This document shows positions 1 through 13,633 of a stretch of 64,000 nt of DNA, one piece after another (within the stretch, counting starts at the first letter, position 1; every line of letters starts with the position of its first letter). The notes under the pieces are model-generated. The model had not been told where the DNA came from and did not search any database. It worked only from the letters and a program-made list of their open reading frames with translations. This DNA comes from Octopus sinensis. Taxonomy: Eukaryota. The position numbers and the translations under genes are program-made. The stretch is taken from assembly GCF_006345805.1 (NCBI RefSeq), contig NC_043001.1:38502001-38566000 (forward strand), written 5' to 3'.

Positions 1-1623
1 CTGCAAGCAAGCACACTATCCATAATTCCAAGAGAAGATGCTCGGATGCTGAAGCCTCCCATTCTTTATCAAACTCAGCAACCCTGGTACTGACAGTGAC
101 TCTGAAGAAGAAGAGATTGAAGAGTACAATTATGGTGAAGATGACAGAGTTGATCAAAACGATATAGATAGTGATGGCACTTATTCTTCCACAAGAAGGA
201 ACAACAAATCTGCAATTGGTATGAGATTTGTAACTGAAACAAATGTCTCTACCTACAAAGCTGCGAAAATCTGCAAAGAATTGTCAGAGGAGGACATTGA
301 TATCCCAGCTCCTAGTCAGCAAGGCATTTTACAATGCACTGTTTGAGAAAGCTGGTGTAATGAAGAAACACTTGATCAATACACTAGGCAATCAGAAATG
401 GGACCTGCATTTTAATGGTAAACATATTGACGGAAATGAATATCAAGTGGTAATCATCAAGATAAAACAAGTGTAATTAAGCTGGCTGCTCTGAAGCTGT
501 GTGGTGACAAGGCCGAGACCATTGCAGGATTGAAAAGCATCTTGGATGAATTACACTTTTAGGGTGAAATCTTAATGATTATTGTTGATACGACAAGTGT
601 GAATACCGGATGAAAGAGTTGGGTAGTGGTTAGACTGCAGAGAATTTCTTGAGCAAATGCTATGATGAGCCACAATTCATGAGCAACAAACACCATGTCT
701 TGGACAGAATCCTGCATATTTTCATGGATGAGGAGCTAGCTAGTGCAAGCAATTCACTCAATATCGGATATTTTCTTGTCAAAGAACTCATGACAAGTTA
801 TGAAGAACTTCAAGGCTCCTTCCAGTATGGAAATCGTCATAGTAGATCAAGCTGGTTGGGAGATGATATGAAGTTCCTGTTTCACTTAACCCATGCCTTC
901 AAGTTCTTCCATGGAAAGAGAGACATCCCTTTCATCAAGTTTCAGAAAATCCCAAATATCAGTAATGCCAGATGGAATTTGCAAGCAATCCTAGCCCTTC
1001 TTATATTTTTACTTACGCCACATGTGAGAGATTGCATATGGTCTGCCACTTCATCTCATATGACTGTGCAGACCACTGGTTATAGAGCTGAAGATTATGC
1101 AGAGCTATCACAAACCTTACTACTCTAGAAGACTTCTTTGAAATGCTTGACAAATCACTGGAAACAAGAGCTCTCAAAACTAAAGATCAGCAGAAGCAAT
1201 TAATGCTGTGAGTGAGCAATTAAGGTCATGCAAGAACTACACACCACATGCAAGAACAAAGCTAACCTGCCATTGAGTTTCATTCTCTCTATTAGACTTG
1301 CCGCAACTTGACTATTGACTAATTTGACTTTATATGACTTACCTTCTTTTTATTATTCTGGAATGCAGAATATAATTCTTTTAACAGTTATGGATCTTTT
1401 TTTCCTTTATTGTTTATTATTCTATCAGGGTCCTAGTTTTTGGAAACCCACCCAAATGCAACCAAATATAAAAATTTCAAAGTTAGTCATGAGTGAACTT
1501 TTTTGAGCAAATAGAAAAAAAAAAACATTGATTTTCATAGTCTTCTAGCAAAAACTCGACAGAATATGATACAGGACTATGGAGTTACAAAAAAGTTGTA
1601 TCCTCAGTGCACACAGCACGGTG
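1..1623 (+). mobile_element. Decayed DDE DNA transposon (CxxH-type transposase, superfamily not assigned); runs off the left edge of the window
   Basis: Motifs across frameshifts and stops: LHF(N/D)GK (ORF 243-476), IVDTTSVNTG (~581-610), PQFMSNKHHVLDRIL (ORF 649-1128) and RSN*C.E.AIKVMQEL (~1192-1240). A possible terminus ends ...CACGGTG at 1617-1623. Confidence 0.65.
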
Positions 1624-2769
1624 AGATACTGTGACCAGGTTTTGGGTAGGTGTTCTGCTTGCTATGGGCAGGTCTTCTTGAGCATGGCAGGGCACCAGCC
1701 CTCCCAATCCATTGTCATCTCTTCTGCAAGGCTCAGCATTTTGAGGTCAGTTTACACAACCTCATCCCATACTGTTGGCAAAGATCTCTAATAGCAGTTA
1801 CTAAGACATCTGAAGATGATGCAATACTACTATTTAGTGCATCATTTTTATGAAACAAACAATTAGTATTGCATCATCTTTGAAGGAATGATGAAACATT
1901 GCATCATAATTCAACAAGTTAAAAACATTGACAGCCTGCCAACCATTCATTTGTCCTTTGTAATCCTTCCACGAAATATCAAAGAATCAAAAGCTAAGCC
2001 TTGAAGAGATTTCACAATTGTTATCCAACTTTCATAAAGAATGGGAAAAAATTATTTGTGATGAATCTTCTTTTCCTGAAGAGGATAATGAAAATGATCA
2101 TGCCAGTATTGCCTATTCAGAATTGGATATGATGACAACAAAATGATTCTCCAAATCCTTCAATGATGTATGTACAGCATTATTTGAAGGATAAGTCTGA
2201 AACTGAAATGACTCAGGAAGAACAATATTGAAAGGGCACAAGAAGAACTCCATTCTACAATGTTTACATGAACAGCTTGGACCTTCCCATTTTGCAAGTA
2301 GATTTTATGATTCAGCTCTTTCATAATTTATATTATTCATGAAGCCAAATCTGGAAATCCAAATATGGACAAATGCTGAAGGAACTTGGGTCTATAAAGA
2401 TAAGTGAATAGAAATAAACTCTGCTGAATTTAGAAAGTTTATTGGATTGATTATTCTTACAGTAGTTTCCAAATCCAAGCATGAAAACATTACTCAAACT
2501 TAGAGTTTTGGAGAAAGACACCCCCTTTGCAAAAACACCGCCCCCCACACACACACTCACACACACACACATGAATGTATAAATGTACATATAAACTTAT
2601 ATATGAATACATACATCCACATGCACATATATATTGGTGATGTACACAAATACATAACAGGTATACATAATACTGAAATAAGCAACCCATATTGATTCCT
2701 GTGTGTAGAAATCAATGGCTTCATAAAGTGCAACTGTAACAACTAATGTGAAACAAATGCATACATACA

Positions 2770-4285
2770 TACATCATCATCATTTAACGATGCTAGCATG
2801 GGTTGGACGGTTCGACCAGGGTCTGGGAAGCCAGGAGGCTACACCAGGCTCCAGTCTGATCTGGCAGTGTTTCTACAGCTGGCTGCCCTTCCTAAAGCCA
2901 ACCACTCCGTGAGTGTAGTGGGTGCTTTTTACGTGCCACTGGTACGGAACCCAGTCAAGGCAGCGCTGGCATTGGTCATGTTCGGATGGTGCTTTTTATG
3001 TGCCACATGCACAGGTATCACAACTACAATTTCCATTTGATTTTTATTTTGATGTTGATGTACTTGACTCAATAGGTCTCCTTAAGCACAGCAGGTCGCC
3101 CTACAATCCAAGGTAAGCACAGCAAGCCGTCCTGCAGTCGATGGCACTTTGGATGGGCTGGGGCTGCTATGTGAAGCTGGTGCAGGAAACAGCCATGAAC
3201 TCACGTTATTTGTCAGGTCTTCACAGTCACAGTATATCTCCAGAGATCTCAGTCTTTCGTCATTGTCTCTGTGAGGCCCAATGATCAAAAGTCATGCTTG
3301 ACCACCTCATCCCATGTCTTCCTGGGTCTACCTCTACCCCAGATTCCTTCAACTGTTTGGGTGTGGCACTTCTTCACTCATCTCTCCTCATCCATCCATA
3401 GTACATGACCATACCAGCGCAAACATCTCTCTTGCATGCCACATCCAATGCTTCTTATGTCCAGCATTTCTCTCAGGGCACTTACACTCTGTCGTCTGTG
3501 CACACTGACATTAAACATCCAGCGGATCATACTAGCTTCATTTCTTTCAAGCCTACACATGTTCTCTGCTGTCACAGCCCATATCTCACTACCTTGAAGC
3601 ATGACAGTTCGCACACATGTGTCGTATAATCTACCTTTCACTCTGAGCGAGAGACCATTTGTCACCAGTAAGGGTAGAAACTTTCTAAACTTTGCCCAGG
3701 CTATTCGTATTCTAGTGGTGACACTCTCTGAGCATCCACCTCCACTACTAACTTGGTCATCTAGGTAGTGGAAACTATCAAGTACTTCTAGTTTCTCTCC
3801 CTGGAGTGTGATGGAATCTGCTTTCTGAGTATCTGTGGTGTCTATTGCCCCTGTGCATCTGCTGCACACGAAAGTTATCTTCTCAGTTAGTTTTCCTCTG
3901 ATGTTGCTGCACCTCTTATGCGTCCATAGCTTACAGTGGGTACATCTTATGGAGTTTCTACCTACACCTTTTCTACAGATCGAGCAGGGCCACCTACCTG
4001 AAGGGGTGTGTGGTGAGTTTGCCTTCCTACTTACTAGAACTTTGGTCTTTGCAACATTGACTCTAAGGCCTTTTGATTCTAAACCTAGCTTCCACACCCA
4101 AAATTTCTTTTCTAGTTCCGGTAGTGATTCTGCTATGAGGGCCAGGTCATCAGCATAGAGGAACTCCCAGGGGCATCCCATCTTGAATTCCTCTGTTATT
4201 GCTTGGAGGACTATGATGAATAAAAGGGGACTGAGGGCTGAACCTTGGTGGACCCCTACTTCTACCCGGAATTATTCACTTATAT
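2770..4285 (-). mobile_element. 5'-truncated RTE-clade LINE (RT C-terminal half plus 3' UTR with short (ATG)n tail)
   Basis: Minus strand reads VGVHQGSALSPLLFII...LYADDL...GLRVNVAKTKVL, then a Cys/His insertion (CSIC..C..C..WTHKRC), then RLRWYGHV. The tail appears as catcatcatcat at ~2776 on the plus strand. Confidence 0.85.
3378..4181 (-). pseudogene. Reverse transcriptase fragment of the RTE LINE
   Basis: 267-aa ORF with YADD motif and RTE thumb region; no endonuclease upstream. Confidence 0.85.
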
Positions 4286-4696
4286 TAATATAACAAATAA
4301 AAATAAAAATAATAAAAATATACAAAACATACAGAAATCAATGAAGAGAGAAAAGAAACAGTAAGATGATAGATGTTGACTTCATTAGGTATTTCTGTTT
4401 ATTTAGAAACCTACAATGAACAGGTCATTTCACAGATGCTAAACTATAAATTTCACAGGGTAAAACCTTAAAGTTGACACCACTAAGTTGAGAATGTTAC
4501 AACGCAGAAAATTTCTGTCTCACTATTGGCTAAAAATACACAGTTTTTCGAGTTTTCATCAAATTCTTTCTCCACAAGTACATGGCTTCACAGGAATAAG
4601 CATGTAAAACTACATCAATATAACCGATTTTCAAATATTTTACTTCCTTTTAAGAGATGCAGATTTTATGAATGAAACAAACAAGATCTGATGCGG

Positions 4697-4927
4697 ATAA
4701 GTTTAGAAAAAGGTAACTCTTGAATTCAGATAGTCAACCAAGGCATGGGTGAGGGCAGTTGCTGAGGCCATTGCTTCTGCTTTCCTTTTCTAAAGTTCTT
4801 TACTGGCCTGTTGCTGTGGAAGGACCTTCAAGAAAAAAGGAAAGCAGAAGCAATGGCCTCAACAACTGCCCTCACCCATGTCTTGTTTGACTAACTGAAT
4901 TCAGGAGTTACCTGTTTGTAAACTTAT
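4697..4927. repeat. Long imperfect inverted repeat (fold-back), arms about 95-105 bp
   Basis: 4697-4790 is approximately the reverse complement of 4833-4927 (e.g. gaggccattgcttctgctttcctttt / aaaaggaaagcagaagcaatggcctc), with several mismatches. Confidence 0.85.
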
Positions 4928-5373
4928 AAACATCTAATTATTGAAGTGGAAAAATGATCAGAAAAGCCATTTCTATTCTTTTTTCTTCAAATATAATTAT
5001 ATATATCCACATATATGTATTTAGAAACAAAAAATACTTAAATCCAGTCAGAGTCCATGTACTGAATATGTTCTTCATCCTCTTATTTACATATTTTTAA
5101 AAAGAAAAGTATTGTCTAATAAATTTATTTGGTATGAACAAAAGGAAAAAAGGAGTAATTTTGGTTAATATGACATTTCAAACTTAGACTTTGGAAAGAG
5201 GGTTCCTTAGTAAAGTGGCACCCAAAATTCTATTCTACAAGAAAAATGCTAATGGTTATGTAAAAGTAGTACTTATTGAGAGGCTGAATGTACAAAATTT
5301 ACTTCACTGGGATATAATCTCAGAATGTACTAACAGTAAATTAGTAACCCTCTGTAATTCTAATTCTTAGAAC

Positions 5374-8300
5374 TATGATCAAGAATTGTTTGTGTAAATG
5401 CGCGTGGCTTGGGGTCCCCTTGGAAACAGGTACCTCTTAAATGACATAAAGTCACATAAGTTAGAAATCATAGCCATAAGCGAGACCAGACTCCACAATC
5501 CGCGGGCCCTAAGACCATGTTTGGCGGACAGTTCAACATTTATTTTTCCCCCTGTCTGCCGAGATGGCGGTAGTGGCACCGCGGTACTTTTTCCACAAGA
5601 GTCTGGATCTCAATGTAAGGACAATATTCGTAGACCGGAGGTAGACTGGTCGACGGCAGCAATGGGTGCGCTTTTCGACTCGTATCGTTTTACGCACCGC
5701 CCTTAACAGGTCGGGGGATTCTTTCAACGTCTAGAAGTTTCTTGGGAACGCCTCGTCCTTACTCTTAGTGGGGGATTGGAATGCTACCTTGGACACGCAT
5801 GTAGACTACGTGGGTAGAGATAGGAATAACGGGGATGCAAATGCCTCAGAGACCTGCTCAGACGCTTTCAACTGTCTGACAGGTTCCGACTAGACCACCC
5901 GAATGCGCCCACGTGGACATGGAGCAACCGCATCGGGTCGTCGAGATCGTATCTAGATAGGATACTGTGTGGACAGTAGATAGAGATAGCATAGGATGTC
6001 ACATTCCACATAGTCACTACACACGGATCACAACTTGTGACATGTACGCTCTAGACTTAGGTAAGACACTTAGGCCGGGTCCCGGATACTGGAACTAAAC
6101 GCGTCTTTCCCATCGAGACAAGTTTTCAGAGACCGGATTAGCACACTAGTAAAGAGGCTTTGACGGGAGCCATCATCAACACAAATGGTGGTTTGCCCTC
6201 AAGAGAGCAGTAAAAGCAGAAGCGATTAGGTACAGCAAAGCACTAGCCATAGATAGAAATAGAGTAGAGGGTGAGCTAGTTAAGAAGCTAGAAGAGGCAA
6301 TTAGAAGCGGCATCGCATCCGACGTTTTGGCGGCGAGGTTGGCCCTCGACCAACACTTCAACGCCAAACACGAAGGTGGTGCTGTCAAGAGCTAGGATGC
6401 GTGCTCTAAGGAACGAAGGTTTGGAGCCGCGAGAGAGGCCCGGGTGGCAGAGGCGCAACAGGGCAACAAAGCCACCATTCGGTCACTGGTAGATGAACAG
6501 GGGCGCGAATTGCTCGAGCCAAGTAAAATGTGTGAGGCCTTTCAGCAGCATTTTGCCCGACTGTTCGGAACGAGTGGAGGCAAGAACGTAGGTGGACTTC
6601 AGTGCCTACCTACATCTAGCCTACCACGATCTCCGACAAGAAAGGCAGGGTGCTGCGGTTTGCCATCACGGCGGCGGAAGTGCGGGAAGCGATGGGATGG
6701 AGAATGCTCGAGGGACAAATCACCGGGTTTGGATGGTCTACCCTACGAGCTTTACATTGTATGCCAGACTTGTTTGGAGATCTCTTGGCGGCGGTGTACT
6801 GCAACTGGCAGCAAAACGGGAGCATTCCTGGTTTTGTGAGCCGAGGAGCCGTAACACTGCTGAGAAAGATCTAAACAAGGGAAATGTAATAGATAACTTT
6901 AGGCCCATCACTCTGCTTAATGCAGACTTGAAAATTTTGGCCAAGGTGCTAGCCAGAGGGTTGGCGCTTGTCATGAGATACTGGTCGACAAGGCGCAAAC
7001 ATGCGCCGTGCCAGGCCGGACCATCCATGACAACCTCCATCTGATGCGCTACATCATAGACAGGTAGTTAACGAACCTGGCATGGGTGGGGCCCTGATCA
7101 ACTTGGATCAATCGAAAGCCTTTGATAGGGTAGACCATCGATACTTGGAGGCAGTCCTGAGAGCGGCTGGTTTCGGTCCCGTCTTCCGCGGCTGGATAGC
7201 TGCCTTGTACAGAGGCATCCGTTCGTAATTCGCGTAAATGGACATCTATCGAGACCTTTCGACATTGCACGTTCGGTCCGTCAGGATGCCCCCTCTCGCG
7301 CTTCTATACGTATCTTGAGCCATCTCTGCACTACTGCGAAGCTGGCGACTCTAAGGGGCATCCCGCGAGAATTGGGATGCGGGACGAGCGTGTCTGCATA
7401 CGCGGACGACGTCACCGTCATAGTGTCTAGCCACGAGCACATCGAGCTGGTCGGCGAGACACTGAAAAACTACGAAGCGGTGACAGGAGCGAAAATCAAC
7501 CGGGAAAAGTCAGTGGGCTTGCGACTAGCACCTGGAGAAGCAAGCCCATGCCGTCCACCAGCGCCTCCGTCGTGGGACGCTGGACCGACGGCCCGGTTGA
7601 GTTGCTCGGGGTCGGTTTGGGTCCGGACACCAAGTGGAGAAGAACTGGAACGAGATAACGAGTAGGGTGGTCACTCTCGCCCGGCAATGGGCCGAGAGGA
7701 AACTGTCCCTAAAAGGTCGAGCGGAGGTGGCGAACACGTACATCGCGTCCGTCATCTACTACCGCCTGACCGTCGTACCTTGTCCCGACCCTACCATCAC
7801 CAAACTAACAACGCATCCTCTTTCGCTTCTTGTGGAAAGGATGCGTCCCGATGGTCAGGCGATCCATTTGCTGTCAACACCTTAAAAGGAGGGCTGGGCA
7901 TGCCGTGGTTGATGATGCGCAGACACGCGCTGAGACTGCGACATCTCTGGCTCTATGTAGACGACGGTGAACAGGTGGGTCGCCGTTTGTGAGGCACGCT
8001 TTCCCGCAGCTCGTCTCCATGACCGAACTGCAGTCGTGGATCAAAAAGAGGCCGAGGAAGGGCGAATGGCACCGCGAGTGTCGCGTTGCTCTCAAGCAAC
8101 TCTGCCGTCCTGGGTCGACCTTAAGTGACTTCACACAACAAAGCATTCTATAGGGGTTTAGTGGAGGGAGGTACGACGACGAGCTCGGGGCGAACCTGGA
8201 CGTCGACGAGGAGTACCTGACCCGCCTGTTCGGGACGACTTTCGGGCCAGGCCCATGGACAACTTCCAGAGATCCCTGCCTGGCAGTGCTACCGAGAAGC

Positions 8301-9055
8301 GCTACCCGTTCGGGATAAGCTCTACAGACACGGCTCGAGAAACACGGGGCCGACCTGCCCGAGATGCGGTCAGAGCGACGAAACCGTTCTGCACGCACTC
8401 GTTCAGTGTCCAACAATTTCCGACCTGTGGGCTTATGTCGAACAACTGCTGTCACGTGTGGGACGAGTCGGTTTATCAGCTGAGTCTATCGTCAATATTG
8501 TCACGCCTCCTTCCTTCAAACGGGAAGGAAGAGCTATTTTCATCATCCTTGTGGCTATGGCGAAAGAATGTATCTGGTGGACGCGTCTGAAAGGATTGGA
8601 GACAAACACTTTCCTCTCTGGTCAATCTCTCATCAACTTCTTCAAGTACCACTTGAAAAGGAAAGTGAGAGTAGAGAGGCAAGTTTTGTCTAGCGAATGT
8701 TTTAAAAAAGATGGGTGATGTAGCAAGAATGGCACGTATGAATGACGAAGCCACCTTGAGCATAGTCCTATGAACCCAGAATCGAAAACAGAGAGTTGCT
8801 TATTTGCAAAAAAAAAAAAAAAAAAAAGAAATATAAAATGTGACTTCATTGACCGAGGTTACCGTGGTCTTTTCCGTAGGCTTTTCTTTCCACGGGTAAA
8901 CCTCACCTGTCCCCCCCTTTACACTTCATATTGACATTTCTGTGATACGATCCCTATTGATCAATTTTTTTTTCCTCTCCCCCTATTTTTTTTTTTTTTA
9001 ACCCCCTTTTTTTTGTCCCTTTCTCTCCTTTTACGATCCCTTTTTGATCGAAACT

Positions 9056-9086
<31 letters not shown>

Positions 9087-9160
9087 AAACCTTCAAAGAA
9101 AAGCTCTACCTTGTAATTTGTTCTATCTGTGTGCAGCCCTGTGTGGCTAATAAAGAAACA
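5374..9160 (+). mobile_element. Tx1/L1-clade LINE: ORF2 (APE endonuclease, RT, C-terminal Zn knuckle) plus 3' UTR, many frameshifts
   Basis: Motifs CVNARGL, AISETRL, GDWNA, YLDRIL, TDH, KSPGLDGLPYELY, NFRPITLLNADLKILAKVLA, LDQSKAFDRVDH, SAYADDVT, INREKS, KGGLGMP and C..C..DET.LHALVQC. GC- and CpG-rich. Ends with AATAAA (9149-9154) directly before (TCTA)n. Confidence 0.9.
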
Positions 9161-9209
<49 letters not shown>

Positions 9210-9260
9210 GCCTGCCTGTCTGTCTGTCTGTCCGACCGTCCATCCATGCATCTATCTATA

Positions 9261-9321
<61 letters not shown>

Positions 9322-9365
9322 GTCTGTCTGTCTGTCTGTCTGTCCGTCCGTCCGTCCGTCCGTCC

Positions 9366-9444
<79 letters not shown>
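9161..9444. repeat. Compound (TCTA)n/(TCTG)n/(TCCG)n microsatellite
   Basis: Seen directly; it produces the artefact ORFs at 9129 and 9131. Confidence 0.95.
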
Positions 9445-10195
9445 AACAGCCGGATAACTCACTTTGAAGGGTGTGTGTTTGCAATCCAGTAACACAAAAT
9501 AGCTTGGAAATTCCGGATGCACAAAAGGGACAGGCACATGAGAAAAACCCCGATATGTGATAACCAATTCAAACTTTTTGAAGTTAACACCGAATACATC
9601 ACTCACACCATATGTGCTAGTCCGAAAACGTTATCGCGTTATCTTGATGTTATGGCCAAGACTCTGTGCAAAGAGATCCGCCAGAAGAATAATCTTCAGA
9701 CCAAAGATATAAAACTCCATAGCATGGTAGATACCATAACCGCTCATAATATAAAAGAATACTGGTGAGATATCTTTGTGCTAACTTTAAAAAAAAAGAA
9801 GAAACTGCTAACATTATAAACCAGACATAGTGATTTGTGACGGAGAAGAAAAACTATGTATAATGGTGGAAATCATTTGCCCGGCAGATGTCAACATTAA
9901 GCTAAATGTCAGCGAAAAAGAAAACATTTACTCTGAACTATTGAAAAGTTTACAGCTACTCCACTTGGATTTTAAGTTCAGGTTTATACTCGTAATTATT
10001 AGGGCAACACAATATGTATCAAACTGCCCCGACATAAATCTTGAGAAATTAAGGTTCTCAGATCAGGGAGACTAATTAGGGGACTATTGATACAAACCAC
10101 CAATGGGACTGTCATAACATGTAAAACTTTCCAAAAGTTTAGCATATGTCTAGATGTGAAAATATATGTATGATTATATAAACAAAAACAAAACA
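9445..10195 (+). mobile_element. 3' fragment of an RLE-type (R4/Dong/NeSL-like) non-LTR retrotransposon
   Basis: CCHC-like remnant (...EYITHTICASPK...RYL.V.AKTL) followed by a restriction-like endonuclease segment (KPDIVICD.EEK.CIMVEIICPADVNI..K..EKENIY..L; ORF 9830-10075). Confidence 0.75.
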
Positions 10196-10323
10196 TATAT
10201 TTGTACGTTTACTGACTTCAAATATTTACACCTATATGCACATACATGTACAACAACTCTGTTGATAGTGTTGAAATTTTCAATGAAGGCACATTTGAAG
10301 AATTAGAACAAGTGGATATATAT

Positions 10324-10368
<45 letters not shown>

Positions 10369-10394
10369 TATATATATATATATAGATATATATA

Positions 10395-11525
10395 TCACTG
10401 GATTAAGTATTTCCTGGCGAATAGAACGCAACATGTTGTAGTTGATGGAGTCCACTCAAACCAGCAAAAGTCACCAGCGGTGTTCTCCAGGAACTGTTTT
10501 GGGTCCGCTACTCTTCATAATTTACGTAAACGACCTTTCCAGTGTCGTACATCACTGCAAAGTGAAAATATTCGCTGATGACACTAAGCTCCAGCAAATC
10601 GTCAATGAAGAAGCAGACCGAACTCAACTCCAGTCTGATCTATATGCTCTGAGTCAATGGGCAGACAGAAACAAAATGCAACTGAATGAGGGAAAATTTG
10701 AGCTGATGCATTTGGATGAACTTCCTCACTAAAACAACCATACTCTCTTCCTTCAGGGGAACCGCTCACAGCCTCTAACAATATCAGAGACCTGGGTGTA
10801 ATTGTTGATGACGATCTCAGTGGAGTGCACACATCAACAAGAAGGTTGATATAGCTCGTAGGATGAGTTCCTGGATCTTAAGAACTTTCCGGTCCAGAGA
10901 ACAAGGTTCTCATCATACCACTTTTTTCCTCCTTTGTACGGCCACACCTTGATACTGCTGCCCACTGTGGTCTCCCCTCACACAAGACAAAACATCTCCA
11001 GAATTGAGTCACCCCAGAGGGCTCTCACTAAACAAATTGAAGGCATGGCTGCTCTCGATTATTGGGATCGCCTTAAAACCTTGAAACTCTACTCCCTCCA
11101 GCGTCGCGGTGAGCGGTACATCATTTGTACGATGTGGAAAATATACCGCCAACTTTGCCCAAACGACCTAAACATTAGCTTCAGGTCCATCCAAGACTTG
11201 GACCACAGGCTATACGTCCCCTGCCAAATTCAAGATCACAACATACATGTACACTGCAACATAATTTCTTTTCCTCAACAGGCCTGCCCTATTTAACATT
11301 GTCCGAGGGGAGATCAAAGAGGAAAAGGATCCCATCAACTTTAAACAGAGTCTGGATAGATTCCTTCAAAGAATACCAGATAAGCCACTCATAATTGGAT
11401 ACAACTCACCCAACAAGAACTCACTATTGAACAAAACTTGACTTAAACAGGATTCGAATAATCCTATCAGGTGGTGCTATTAAGTTAGACATGGCCTGGT
11501 CGAAACATTCTAAGTTTATCTAAGT

Positions 11526-11526
<1 letters not shown>
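10395..11526 (+). mobile_element. 5'-truncated CR1/L2-type LINE (RT C-terminus) between two (TA)n tracts
   Basis: FLANRTQHVVVDG...SGVLQGTVLGPLLFIIYVNDL...IFADDTKL...LQSDL..L.QWA..N.MQLN..K; later L..LKLYSLQRR.ERY; ends ...taagtttatctaagt. Confidence 0.85.
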
Positions 11527-11560
<34 letters not shown>

Positions 11561-11799
11561 ATATATATAAATATATTATATATAATATAATATATATCTA
11601 TATATATATCTATATATATTTCACAGAGGATGTATTATGTCATTATTCAGAGTAAGAGCCGGTTTCTAACTTAGATCCAAGGCTCCTTCGTAGGAATTTC
11701 AACAACAACAGGCTATGTATGTATGTATGTATGTATGTATGTATGTATGTATGTATGTATGTATGTATGTATGTATGTATGTATGTATGTATACAGAGA

Positions 11800-13560
11800 A
11801 AGAACACCACAGTCACACACACACACATGTATGACAGGATGTACGCGCGACAGTTAAACAATTCCGATTTCTGTCTAATAATCGTGTTAGACTGCCACCA
11901 TCGCGTGTACACATGGGTCTTTCGCAGTCGAAGGCTGGTGGGTGAGAACGTAATACAAAGAACACAACAATAAAATATGAAAAGGAACATGGGCATTGAC
12001 TAGTTACTCTTTTATTTCGTCTGTCACATGTTTCAGTATTTGGCAACACATGCATGCTGTAGATGCACCTTATTGGGCCAGCATAGTAAGCAAACATATC
12101 GTCAGACATTTGAAAAAGAAATACAAGAAGCAAGTAGCAACCAAATTTAAATATCCAGAAGGTACAAGTTGAGAGGGGATGCGGGAGCAGGAGAAAGTAG
12201 GTTGGAATAACGACCCACATAACCACAATGTGGGGTGGTGTTTATAAGGATAGGGGTTTGTCTCTGTGTAAAGAATAGAGGCCGTAACACGCATTTACTT
12301 GACCTTATGAGAGGGCAGGAGTGAACGAGAAAAAAGGCAAGCCAGCCGGTGAGATACTGGGGTGTAAGAAACCGACCGCTAGAAGTTAACGATGTTACAA
12401 CAATCTCTCCAACCATATCCGGCCACGAACCCAACGCTCACAGACACACACACGCATGCATACACGATCTCATACTTCACTCTTTTCTCTTCTTTATTAC
12501 TCTCTCTCATCTCTCTTCTCCGTAGAAGAACGTAGGCTTGAAACGTTAAAGACTTATTCCAATATTTTGAGCGTTAACCTAATACACACTGTTTCCCTAA
12601 TTTGTCTTCGTGTTTTATTTTTTTAATTTTTGTACAATATATATGCCTGTCCTTCTAATTGTTGTTTCTCCTGTCCACCTTTGTGTCATCTATCTGTCCG
12701 AATGTATTATTGTCCTCTATTGCATTTTTGTTCCATGTTTTATATTTATAAATCCATATAGCGGCGTACGTACACACTTGTGCTCACCTTATAGTAGGTA
12801 TGTATCAAAGTTTTGCACGACTCTTACTCTATTTTTTAGTCTCCCTCATACTTTCTTCCTCTTTTCTTTTTCTCGCTCTCCCCTCTCACTCTAACATTTC
12901 TTGTCCCTCTCTTGGCCCCTCTCCCTCCTCGCTCCCACTTTTCTCTCCTCATTTATCACCCCTGTACCTTTCCCTTTTTCTCTGATTTTTTTTTCTAATC
13001 CTTCATTCCCGCCACTCCCTACCCCTATCTCCTCCGGTGTCTGGCCAGCCATGATCTTTCTTTCTTGGCCTGACTACCGACAGCCAACACCTCTTATGTC
13101 CATCTCTTATCTTCCTGCCTTTAGGCTTTCACTTCATACACGCCAGCTCAATTTGATTCGTTCTAGGTCAAAAGACACCTGTTGTTATTTTCTTGTTGTT
13201 TGTATTTGTACTTGTGTACTATGTTCTCCGTTTTTTGTCTTTGTTGACGTACACATTCGTTAGCTTTCTTACAAAATATTCTAATGGTCTTAGCTAAGAC
13301 TTTTATGGGGGCAACCAGAACGAACTCTATCAAGTGTAACCGCCCGAAACAGTAAAGACTTCTGGTAACTTGACTGAGGAAAGAAGGCCACGAATGACCT
13401 GTCTTTTTTTGCCTGTCCTAATTGTTGTTTCTCCTGTCCGTCTATGTCCAAATGTTTTATTGTCCACTATTGCGTTTTTGTTCCATTATATTATATATAT
13501 ATATATATATATATGAGCGTTAAACTAAAACACTGTTTGTTGTTTATACACCTGTCTTCG
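11800..13560 (+). mobile_element. Composite non-autonomous repeat, possibly Penelope-associated, with internal direct repeats and a degenerate hammerhead-like motif
   Basis: 12640-12740 is repeated at 13405-13490, and 12570-12620 at 13515-13565. 12760-13400 is homologous to 48500-49200. The motif gtagaagaacgtaggcttgaaacgt is at 12522-12546. Confidence 0.45.
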
Positions 13561-13583
13561 TCTTATGTTTTTCTGTAAATTTC

Positions 13584-13633
<50 letters not shown>

